Source: a virus. Taken from it: a DNA stretch of 64,000 nucleotides. A program made the translations under genes and the position numbers. Positions 54,849 to 64,000 of this stretch are shown here, piece after piece. The stretch is from the IMG/VR virus record IMGVR_UViG_3300046727_000675, positions 23,305-87,304 of that record. One strand, given 5' to 3'. How positions within the stretch are numbered: position 1 is the first letter of the stretch; each line of letters starts with the position of its first letter. The notes beneath the pieces are model-generated. The model did not search any database and had not been told where the DNA came from. It saw only the letters and a list, made by a program, of their open reading frames with translations.

Positions 54849-57800
54849 ATGACGAAAAAAAGTTTCGAGCTGAAGTTCTGGCATGTGCTGGCCGCGTGGC
54901 TGATCCTGACGATCCTCCTGACGTTCGCGCTCATGCCGGTCGAGCGCGCCATCGCGCCGCACGTCAAGAAGATTCTGGAGCACTTCGAAAAATGAAGAAG
55001 CTCAAGAAGATCCTGGAGGCCGCGTTCGCCGGCGCGCCGTTCCCGATCGCGAACGCGGACCTGGTCGCCGGCGCGGCGATGCTCGAGGTCCTGGCGCAGG
55101 TCGCGCGGGCGATCGCCGCGGAGACGAGTCCAGCGCCGCCGGCGTTCGACGACGCGGCGTTCTTCAGGAGCTGCGGCGTCACGCCGCCGGGGGAGGAAAG
55201 ATGACCACGGTCTACGTCCTGACGAGAAGCCCGAACATCCTGCGCGTCTACCTGCGGCTGGACGACGCGCAGAGGTTCTTTCCCGGGAGGTGGGAGCCGG
55301 AGCACAACGGTCCGATCCGGGCCCCTGAGGTGTGGCGCCTCGGCGATGCGTCCATCCGCGCGCTTCCCCTGCTCTTGGATGATCCGCGTTCCGGCGAGCT
55401 CGTGCGGGTCATCCGCGTCGACAATTTCGACCGCGGCGGGGAGCAGCCCGGGTGCGACGACCAGCTGGTCGCCACCGTGCGCGGGCCCGCGATCGCGGCG
55501 CAGGTCGCCGCGCTGCTGAACGAGGGCGCCAGCGTCTCCGCGCCCTACCTTTACAAGGCCGTGGACCGGGACTACAAGCTGCGGAGGTTCGAGCCGTGAT
55601 CCTCCCCGTCACCGATACCGGGATCCGCCCCGCCGGCCGGCCCGACCGGTGCTTCTACTGCCAGGTGCCCGCGGAGGCCGGGAAACCGACCGACCACAAG
55701 GCCGATTGCGTCTGCCGCGGCCGCACCGTGGCGGTCGAGCTCAAGACCTGGCTCGTGGTCGAGGTGCCCGCGGCCTGGGACGAGGAGCAGATCCGGTTTC
55801 ATCTCAACGACTCGAGCCACTGCGCCGGGAACGAGATCGGGCAGCTCGCCGAGGAGGAGAACCGCGTCGAAGGCGAGTGCTGCAGCTGCTTCCGCACCGA
55901 GATGAAGTTCCTGCGCGAGGCCACGGCGGACGACCAGGCGCGGACGCGGTGGAAGAGCCCGGACGACGAGGAGACGGAGCGCCGCGCGAGGGCCGAGGAG
56001 CTCGTGGAGAAGTACAGCCGGGAGATGTTCACCGGCGGCGCCGGCGAGGGCACGAGGCTTTCGCTGGCCCGGTTCGCGCGCTGGCTGGACGGGAGGGTCT
56101 GATGGCGATCGACGACATCCCGGAGGACCGCTGCGGGGACCCGTGCCCGGCGGACCACGCCTGCCCGGGGTGCGCGCCGTATTGGCGCCGCATGGTCGAC
56201 GAAGGCCTATGGGACCCGGACAAGTCGGAGTGGACGGAGAAGGCGATCAGGGAGGCGACCAAGTGACGGACGACGATCAGGGTTGGCAGCCCGCGCGGTT
56301 TCCGACGGTGGCGGAGTACCTGCGCCGCCACCCGAACATCACAGAGGCAGACCTCCAGCCCTGGCGGCGGGGCGCCTCGGGCCTGACCGTGCGCGTGCGC
56401 CCGCTGCCGCCCGGCCGGATCCGCGCCTTCGCCGCGCTGCACCGGCTGGCGGGCGGCTGCGGAGCGGCCGTGTTCCTGCAGGTCCACCCGGAGGACGCGG
56501 CGGGCATCATGGCCGGGTTCCCGGAGGCCGCGCGGGCCGAAAGCTGCGCGATCTGCGAGCACGACGCGCTGACGGACTAGGAGGAGGAAAACATGATCGT
56601 GGACAAGACGTTCCTGGGCTTCACCGACACGGCGTACAACTGGACCGCGTTCTGCCTGCTCGCCGCGTTCTGCCTGCTGGCGGTCCTGAGCTGGGCCGTC
56701 AGGCTCGCGCGGAGAATGAAGAAGGCCGCGCCGGACGATCCGATCGCCCCGGAAAAGAAGAAGATCGTCACCGTCACGCTGTTCACTCCCGTGAACGAGA
56801 TCCGCGCGTTCCCGCACGTCGACGATGACACGGTCCTGGCGGACGACGACGGCTCGGTCAACTTCACGACCGCGGACGGGCGCGAGGTCTGGTCGACACT
56901 GCCGTACCTGATCGAGGAGGAGAGGCCATGAAGCTGATGTTCAAGCTGTTGAAGCGGAACCACGAGGCCGCGGCGAGGAAGCTGGCGCGGTGGGTCGCGC
57001 GCGATCTTCCGGTCGGCACGCCGGTGATCTTCAAGAACCGCGGCGGCCGGACCCCGTGCGTCATCCACGCCGCGCCCCGCTGGTGGTCGGCCCCGTCGCG
57101 CCTTACGGTGAAGACCGACCGGCGCGGCACCGTGCTCAGCGCGGAGTACGAAGACCTGGAGAAGAGACGATGAGCGAGACCTACAAGGACCTCGAGACGC
57201 GACTCCGCGGCCGCAGCCTCGTCACGGCGGACCCGAAGATCCGCGCTGCGATCGACGAGATCGCCGACGAACTGCGCGCGTGCCGCAGGTCGGTATTCGC
57301 GCCGCGCTACTCGCAAACGGACCTCGACGCCGCGATGTCGAAGGCCGCGTCGAGCGGCGCCTACCAGATGCGCGCGACGCTTGCGAGGCTGAAGTGCGCC
57401 GGTTGCCGCGAGGGAGACGTCCCCCGTCAGGTTAAGGACGAAAAACATCCCACCTGGGCGAAGATTCTTTGGCACTACGCAGAAACCGACCGCGCCGCGA
57501 TGTGCCCGGCGCGCGACATTCTCGAGACCCTGCTCTCCGACGTTGACTCCGGGCTCGACCAGCCGCTCTCCGCCGCGGTCGAGGGCCAACAGCTCGTGAT
57601 CCGCGTCGGCGCCGCGACCCTCGCCTTCGCGTTCGAGCACTCCGATGACGCGATGAACCTCTTCGGCCCGGGAGCCGACGGCCGCCGCAGGTACCGCGTC
57701 GCCGACAAGCTGAAGTTCGCGCGCGCCGTCGTCGATGCGATGAACGACGAGACCGCGGGCGGCGACACGTTCCTGCAGGCGTTCGTCGAGCAGCAGTTCC

Positions 57801-60179
57801 GCTCGGCCGCCGAGGACGGGAACGGCGGGACGGAGCAAATTCTAAGGACGAAACTGTGAGCGTCGTCACCAACCTGATCTTCGCGCACCACCACGAGGAC
57901 GAAAGGCTGATCACGCAGGTCCACGGCTGGTTCGAGAAGCACGCCTACACCGAAGGCGCGAGGCTGATCGACGTCAACGAGGCGCCGCTGAGGTCCTGGC
58001 GCGCCTTCGAGCAGCCGACGCTGGTGGGGGCTTTCAACCACCTCGATCTCGGGAATTTTTTCCTGTTCGTCATCTCGCTGCCGTGGGCCGAGCCGGAGAA
58101 CGTGCAGATCATCGTGAAAGAGGAAGACGACTCGCGCTACCGGATCCTGACGCTGGTCGACGAGGAGGACAAGAATGCTTAAGTGGCTTAAGGTCCTATT
58201 CAGGCCGAGGGCGCGGACGCTGCGCGAGCTCGGCTACCCGTCGCACGAGGAGCTCGCGTCGGTCGGGCTGACCGGCGCGCAGTTCTTTCGGCGCTACGTC
58301 CAGCCGTACGAGCCGCGGGGCGATCGGAGCCCGGAGGACATGGCGCGGATCATCCTCGGCCGGTTCCACCAGGACCATCCGAAGCTGGCGCCGACGAATT
58401 GGAGCATGAGGCCATGAAGAACTCGATCGGCTTCACCGGGACGCAGCGCGGCCTGACCGCGGCGCAGAAGGACCGCCTCCGCGCGCGGCTCGAGGTCAGG
58501 CGCGCCCAGGGATTCACCCGGCTCCACGCGGGCGACTGCGTCGGCGCCGACTGGCAGGCCGCGACGATCGCGAACCTGCTCCACTACGACGTGATCTCGC
58601 ACCCGCCGTCGATCCCCGACAAGCGGGCGTTCTTCGACTGCTATGCCGAGGAGCGACCCGAGAAGCCCTACCTCGAGCGCAACCGCAACATCGTGCGGGA
58701 GTCCGCCGAGCTTATCGCCTGCCCCAAGGAGCGCCGCGAGGTCCTGCGGTCGGGCACCTGGGCCACGGTGCGATTCGCGCGGAGAACGAAGAAGCCCGTC
58801 ACGGTCTTCTACCCGGACGGGTCCACGGAGGCCATGTGACGAAGCCGACCGTGCGTGAGGTACTGAACTGCAAGCTTTGCCGCGAGATGCCCGTACCCAG
58901 CGGGACCGCGCGGCGCTGCGCGTTCGACGGCGCCGGCGAGTTCGACCCTGACAATTGGAGCTGCGAGACGCTCTCTGCTTTGCGCCAGGCCGCAGGCGAA
59001 AGCTGGGAGCTGAAGCGCGACGACCCGAAGAGCTTCTTCCTCCGGTACGACGACACCAGCTACGCGGCGCTCATCGTCAATGAGCACCCGCAGGACGTGG
59101 TGATGCACGGCGCCGGCAAAAGCCGGTATGGCCCGTGGCGCGGCGGGGGAATGATCGCCATGATCTGGTACAAGCACCGCGGCACCGTCGACATCTGCAT
59201 CCGCGTTGACCCGCGCAACGGCGGGATGTACCCGGACGCCGCAAGGCCGTTGACGCTGATCGAGGCCGAGGCCGCGATCGAGAACCTCAAACTCGTTGGG
59301 AGAATCAAATGATCGACGACGAAATGATCGCCTGGATCGACCAGGCCAGCTACGAGCAGCTGCTGCGGCGGTGGCGCGAGGCCACGGCCGGCGACCCGTT
59401 CTTCCGCGGCGCCATCGGCGCGCGCTTCCAGGCCGCGATGAGGGCCCGGCGCGCCGAGGCCGGCGAGGCCGGGCACGTCCGCGCCAGCAAGGCGATCGGA
59501 TGGGGAGGAACGTCATGATCACCGTAAAATACCTGCTGTGGGCCGCCGCGATCGCCGCGTGGGTCATCATCTGCGTTCTCGGAAACATCGAGGAGGACCG
59601 CGAGGACAAACGCGTCGGAAAACGAATGGCCGAGCTCGTCGCCGAGGGGAGATCCGACGAGGCGATGCTGCTGTTCAGGGTCAGAACGGGGATCTGGAAA
59701 TGACGACGCGAAGCTGAGCGAAGGAGCCGAGCATGATCAAAACGATGAAGAGAAACTGGTTCCTGTACGCCGGGATGGCGCTGTTCGTCGCGGCCTCCGT
59801 GCTGAAGGCCGTCGCGACGCCGCCGGACCCCGCGTCCCAGCGGAAGACCCCGGCGGCCGAGGCGCGGCCCTGCCCCGCCGGGGAGCGCCTGACCGTGACG
59901 CCCGCCGGCGCCGCGCGCTGCGCCGCCGCGCCCGAACGCGTCCCGCCCTTCTTCGTCAAGGACGCGTGGGACCCGGCGCGTCCCGACCTGGCCAGGATGT
60001 TCCCTCCGCTGACGGTCACGTGCGCGCCGCCGCTCGCGCCCTTCGCCGTCACGGTCCCCGGCGCCGCCGGGCACTGGGAGACCTGCGCGAGGAACCGGCT
60101 CGGCGCGCTCACGAGCCTCGCCCCCACGTCCTGGACGAAGCGGGAGTGGGACGACGCGCGGGGGGAGGGGAGAAAATGA
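54849..60179 (+). other. Array of small coupled hypothetical ORFs (e.g. 55201-55599, 55596-56102, 56593-56931, 57170-57859, 57856-58182, 58836-59312, 59733-60179)
   Basis: Continuous start/stop overlaps with RBSs; typical phage accessory region. Confidence 0.6.
58414..58839 (+). CDS. SLOG/DprA-like nucleotide-binding protein
   Basis: IGFTGTQRG, HAGDCVGAD, YLERNRNIV and RSGTWAT.R.A. Confidence 0.7.
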   Translation: MKNSIGFTGTQRGLTAAQKDRLRARLEVRRAQGFTRLHAGDCVGADWQAATIANLLHYDVISHPPSIPDKRAFFDCYAEERPEKPYLERNRNIVRESAELIACPKERREVLRSGTWATVRFARRTKKPVTVFYPDGSTEAM

Positions 60180-60835
60180 TGACCATCGCGGAGAAGCTCG
60201 CGCAGGCCCGCAGGCAGCTCAGGGCGATCGACGACGGCCGCGAGCCCGTTCAGTCCGTCGTCGTCAACCTCGAGCTGCTGCGGTTCCTGCTGGACGCCGC
60301 CGCGCCGCGGGGCGGCAAGGACTACTGCCGGTGCGAACTTCCGTATCAGGGAACGCGTCGTTCAGACGCGCCCGACGCCTGCGAGAGGTGCGGAAAAGTC
60401 ATTCACCCGGGCTTCGACGTGTTGACGCATCCTAGAAACCCCGCCGCATCGCAGCCCGAAGCATCGGAAATCGTTGGCGAAGAATTGAAAGGCGAAATTT
60501 TACGTGCCGCGAAGCGAGCTTGCACCGGACAAATTCTGGAAGGCATGCGCCCAAAGCCTTTGCTGGATTGCATCATAGACGAGTTTACGCCGCTATTCGC
60601 AAAGTTTGACACCAGCGCCCCTCGCGTGCAGGAACGACCGGAGGAAGGGGCTGCGCTGAGTGTGGAAGCATTTAAAGTCTGGCTACGCGAGTGGATGAAA
60701 TCACACGGAATGACGGATGAAGTGTTCGGCCTAGTCGATATTCCGAAAGCGTATCAATTGCATCAGGATTACGTTGCTAAAATCGCCGCCGCATCGCCGC
60801 CCGAAGCATCGGCGATAAGGAAGGTGGGACGATGA
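60176..60835 (+). CDS. Mosaic hypothetical protein
   Basis: High-GC 5' part switches to A/T-richer codons near 60330; two AAS.PEAS linkers. Confidence 0.6.
   Translation: MMTIAEKLAQARRQLRAIDDGREPVQSVVVNLELLRFLLDAAAPRGGKDYCRCELPYQGTRRSDAPDACERCGKVIHPGFDVLTHPRNPAASQPEASEIVGEELKGEILRAAKRACTGQILEGMRPKPLLDCIIDEFTPLFAKFDTSAPRVQERPEEGAALSVEAFKVWLREWMKSHGMTDEVFGLVDIPKAYQLHQDYVAKIAAASPPEASAIRKVGR
60441..60812 (+). repeat. 27-bp direct repeat pair (60441-60467, 60786-60812; one mismatch)
   Basis: CCGCCGCATCGC(A/C)GCCCGAAGCATCGG. Confidence 0.85.
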
Positions 60836-61730
60836 GCGACCCTAGAACTTGGGTGTGGGGAGCGAGGACGCGCTGTACTTTTGAGGATGACAAAGGACGC
60901 TGCACAAAACGCACACGCCTCAGACTCGCTAACAAAAATCTACCACGATGCAGGAAACACGGAGGCCAGCCATGAGCGACCGATACGACGAACTAGCACA
61001 AGAGTGGAGATTTGAAATTATCCACTACGAGTCGAGTGATGAGAGTGCGGCTTCTTTCGCAACGAGAACTGCTACGCACTTTCGTAAAGCCGCCGCATCG
61101 TCGCTACCGAGTCCAGTGGTAGAGCGGTTGCGCGAGGCGCTGCGATGGGCGAGAACTGTAGTTGGCGTACAGCGTCACATGAATAATTTTATCTGCGACG
61201 GATGCAACGCTCGAATCGAGGCGGATAAGGACGGCTACAATCGAATGAAACTCCAACATAAACCGGGATGCAAGCTGGTGGAACTCGACTCCCTGCTCGC
61301 CTCGCCAGCCAGTGAGGAGGAGAAATGAACTATCCACGGCCTATGTGCGACGAAAGCCGATGCCCTCAGTGTGGTGCTCAGTGTGACCGCAAACAAGACC
61401 ATGAAGGGCAGCATCACTGCATAAATTGTGGATGTCAGTGGTCGAGCGATGATGACGATTGAGCGTGTCTCGTCGCCAGCCAGTGCTTCGCCACAGGAAA
61501 AAATATGAGCTGGTCTGACCTAAAACAGACGGGGTGTTCTTGCGAGCATTGCGTTACGGAAGCCATTTGGTGGGACAGATGGTTGTTTTTAGCGACCGCA
61601 TGGTTATTGCAGGATTCTTTTTCTTACAGCTTCTATTTTCATATTCGCCGTGCCTCATCGCCTACGAGCCGCGTCGAGGGGCCGAAGTAGCTTGAACGCG
61701 CTGGACGCGAAAGAGGAAAGGAATAACTGA

Positions 61731-62042
61731 ATGATTCACCGATTGATTCTGTTGTTTGCAGGACACTTTTTATGCGATTTCCCGTTACAGGGCGATTTTC
61801 TTGCGAAGGGCAAAAATCCGTACGTCCCCCTTCCGGGCGTGCCGTGGCAATGGTGTATGTTAGCTCACACAGCGATTCACGCGGGAATGGTTTATTTGGT
61901 GACGAGAAATCCGTGGCTCGCGCTCGCAGAGATTGTGATTCACTGGGCGACGGACGATATGAAATGCGCGGGATGGTTCGGATTTACCGTTGACCAATGC
62001 GTCCATTTGGCATGTAAGTCTGCGTGGGCTGTAATTGGATGA
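61731..62042 (+). CDS. DUF3307-family membrane protein
   Basis: GHFLCDFPLQ...K...H..IH...HW.TD..K...DQ..H. Confidence 0.8.
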   Translation: MIHRLILLFAGHFLCDFPLQGDFLAKGKNPYVPLPGVPWQWCMLAHTAIHAGMVYLVTRNPWLALAEIVIHWATDDMKCAGWFGFTVDQCVHLACKSAWAVIG

Positions 62043-62746
62043 CTCTAATCGCGCAATCGGCGCAGCAGATTTCATCCGTGCAGTTCGAGGAGGTAACTAG
62101 AATGGCGAAGCGAAAGTGCGTTTGGATTATTGAGTACGAGTGTGGAGAGAATCGCTGGCTAATTCACGACCCTAAGCCGATAGCCTATGCAAATAAAGAG
62201 GCTGCGGAAGCAGATGCGGAACGAAGGGGAAGAAAGTTTCCAACGCGATACCGAGCGACAAGATTTGTTTGCAGTTGACGTGGCCGTTGGATGCGAAGCA
62301 TCGAAACCGGAGGCGAGGGAGGAGCGACATGGCGAACAGAGAGTTGAATCCTGAGTTGTGTGGACACAAGAATTGTAGGATGCGAGCACATGCAAATGGG
62401 AGTGGGTATTGTGGTCGAAAGTGTCGGAAGGCCGCAGAACGGTTAGCCGCTCTCACGCCGGAGCAACGTCAACGCAGGGAATATCGCCGACAGGAACGAG
62501 CTTACAATCAGCTACGAGATGCTGGACTTGGCGGTGGAGTCTATTGCGATTCGTCGTGCAATTCTAAAGCCGTGTGAGCCGAAGGCTCGACCGGAGGAGT
62601 GAATGAGTCGGCCTGAGGCGCGACCTGCGCGCCCGCGTCCTCGCCGGGGCCAAGCTCGAGAACGCGCTGCCGGAGCCGGGCGATCGCACGGCCGCGATCC
62701 GGCGGCTGTGGGCGGCGGCCGACGGAACGGCCGCGAAGGAGGCGTC

Positions 62747-62989
62747 ATGACGTTGAGGAAAATGGCGAAGGAAAGCGAGCTGAAGGACAAGTGCGGGGCG
62801 TGGAACGCGGCGCACCCGATCGGGACCGAGGTCCGGTTCCACCCGGTGATCGGCGGGCCGCCCGAGCGCACGCACCACACCGAGAGCGAGGCGTTCGTGC
62901 TCGGCGGGCACACGGCCGTGATCTTCCTCGCCGGCCGGCGCGGGTGCGTCGCGCTCGACGCGGTCAGCCTCGCCGAGAACTCGAGTTAA
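62747..62989 (+). CDS. Small phage protein
   Basis: RBS AAGGAGG; WN..HPIGT.V...A.VLGGH.AV motif. Confidence 0.65.
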   Translation: MTLRKMAKESELKDKCGAWNAAHPIGTEVRFHPVIGGPPERTHHTESEAFVLGGHTAVIFLAGRRGCVALDAVSLAENSS

Positions 62990-62997
62990 TTTTCCGG

Positions 62998-63026
62998 CAT
63001 ACAAATGGAAAAATCGCATGTAAAAT
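62998..63026 (+). promoter_or_regulatory. Promoter P4 CATACA-N17-TAAAAT
   Basis: AT-rich gap before the primase; same xxTACA / TG-adjacent -10 design as P1-P3. Confidence 0.6.
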
Positions 63027-63091
63027 TGCAGAATCGTGACCAGGACATCTAACCCGGCGCCCGCGCGGCGCCCGACCGAGGCCCGCCCCCG

Positions 63092-64000
63092 ATGACCAAG
63101 GAAAGCTCCGAGTACGCGAAGTTCGACCCCGCGCGGCAGGGGAACATCCCGGCCGAGCTGAAGGCCCAGCGGCGCTGGGTCGCCTGGCGCCTGCTGCGCC
63201 GCGACGCCGACAAGCCGGCCAAGGTGCCGGTGAACCCGCACGACGGGCGCGAGGCGAGCGTCACGAACCCCAGGACCTGGGGCACGTTCGCCGAGGCCCT
63301 CGCGCGCTTCGAGGGCGACCCCGTCCGGCTGCACGGCGTCGGCTTCGTCTTCGCGGCCGGCGACGGGCTCACGGGCGTCGACATCGACGACTGCCGGAAC
63401 CCGGAGACCGGCGAGCTCGGGCCGTGGGCCGGCGAGATCCTCGAGCAGCTCTCGAGCTACACCGAGGTGTCGCCGTCCGGCACCGGCGTCAAGGTCGTCC
63501 TCCGCGCCGACGTCCCCGGCACGGCCTCGCGCCGCAACAAGATCGAGATGTACTCGCACTCGCGCTACTTCACCATCACCGGCGACCGGCTCGCGGCGCT
63601 GCCGCCGGCGGTCGAGGCCCGCCAGGGCCCGCTCGCCGACCTCTACCGCGAGGTCTTCGGCGCCGCGGCCGCGCCGGCCGCGGAGGCCCCGGCCGCGCCG
63701 GCCGACCCGCAGGCCGCCGGCAAGGACGCGCGCGTGCGCGCGATCGGCGACGACGAGCTGCTCGACCGCATGGTCCGCGCCGCCAACGGCGCGAAGTTCT
63801 CGCGGCTGTGGGCCGGGAGCACCGAGGACCACGCCGGCGACCAGAGCCGCGCCGACGCCAGCCTGTGCGCCATCCTCGTCTACTGGAGCCGCGCCGACGC
63901 CGCGCGCGTCGACCGCCTCTTCCGGCGGTCGGGCCTCTTCCGCAAGAAGTGGGACGAGCGCCGCGGCGACCGGACCTACGGCGAGCGCACGCTCGCCAAC
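63092..64000 (+). CDS. AEP primase-polymerase (NrS-1-like), truncated by window end
   Basis: IPAELK...WVAW, KVP, TWGTF, GVGF, GVDIDDC, YTEVSPSGTG, EMYS..RYFTITG and DQSRAD..L. Missing from the ORF track because it has no stop in the window. Confidence 0.9.
   Translation, partial: MTKESSEYAKFDPARQGNIPAELKAQRRWVAWRLLRRDADKPAKVPVNPHDGREASVTNPRTWGTFAEALARFEGDPVRLHGVGFVFAAGDGLTGVDIDDCRNPETGELGPWAGEILEQLSSYTEVSPSGTGVKVVLRADVPGTASRRNKIEMYSHSRYFTITGDRLAALPPAVEARQGPLADLYREVFGAAAAPAAEAPAAPADPQAAGKDARVRAIGDDELLDRMVRAANGAKFSRLWAGSTEDHAGDQSRADASLCAILVYWSRADAARVDRLFRRSGLFRKKWDERRGDRTYGERTLAN

Larger units (their letters stand above)
60330..62600 (+). other. Lower-GC island of small ORFs (e.g. 60972-61328, 61505-61690, 61731-62042, 62102-62278, 62329-62577)
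   Basis: Visible drop in GC and many A/T-ending codons compared with the flanks. Confidence 0.75.
1..64000 (+). mobile_element. Tailed bacteriophage genome segment (siphovirus-like; long non-contractile tail module, lysis, early/replication arm)
   Basis: Co-oriented, tightly overlapping (ATGA/GTGA) genes in the order neck-tail tube-chaperones-tape measure-tail tip-lysis, then PolA/SNF2/primase. No bacterial housekeeping genes and no tail sheath gene seen. Confidence 0.95.

Noticed and set aside
60441-61485. CRISPR array
   Set aside because: Repeats are few, degenerate, in-frame coding and hundreds of bases apart; no cas genes.
1-64000. Prophage/lysogeny module or stop-codon recoding
   Set aside because: No integrase, att site, repressor pair or host genes in the window. 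Genes read intact with the standard code.

Overview
This window is about 64 kb of a GC-rich tailed (siphovirus-like) phage genome, with nearly all genes on the + strand. 1-2.9 kb holds a glycan-modification cassette (SAM methyltransferase, nucleotide-sugar dehydrogenase, glycosyltransferase-like gene). 3.0-21.8 kb holds Thr-rich virion proteins, a solo LuxR-type HTH, neck, tail tube, chaperones with a likely -1 frameshift, tape measure, DUF2460/DUF2163/NlpC-P60/tail-tip proteins and fibres. 22-24.6 kb is a lysis module with a GH108 endolysin, followed by a terminator. 24.6-64 kb is the early/replication arm, driven by a repeated xxTACA-N17-TATACT-type promoter. It encodes a Topo VI-A-like TOPRIM protein, DUF932, PolA, SNF2 helicase, MT-A70, ThyX, an SSB-like protein, many small ORFs and a truncated primase-polymerase. 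The most interesting signal is a DNA-modification operon at 30.4-37.8 kb. It combines an aGPT-Pplase1-like protein, a divergent C5 methyltransferase carrying a wHTH shared with a neighbouring gene, Vsr, a kinase/UDG-like fusion, and a thymidylate-synthase homologue with the dCMP-type Asp, while a separate ThyX is also present. This suggests an uncharacterised cytosine (hyper)modification. Also notable are three structured intergenic RNA candidates (49.47-49.65, 51.0-51.15, 54.71-54.83 kb) and a possible virion-glycosylation cassette. No integrase, terminase, major capsid gene, CRISPR array or canonical tRNA was seen. All family assignments come from recalled motifs, not database searches.
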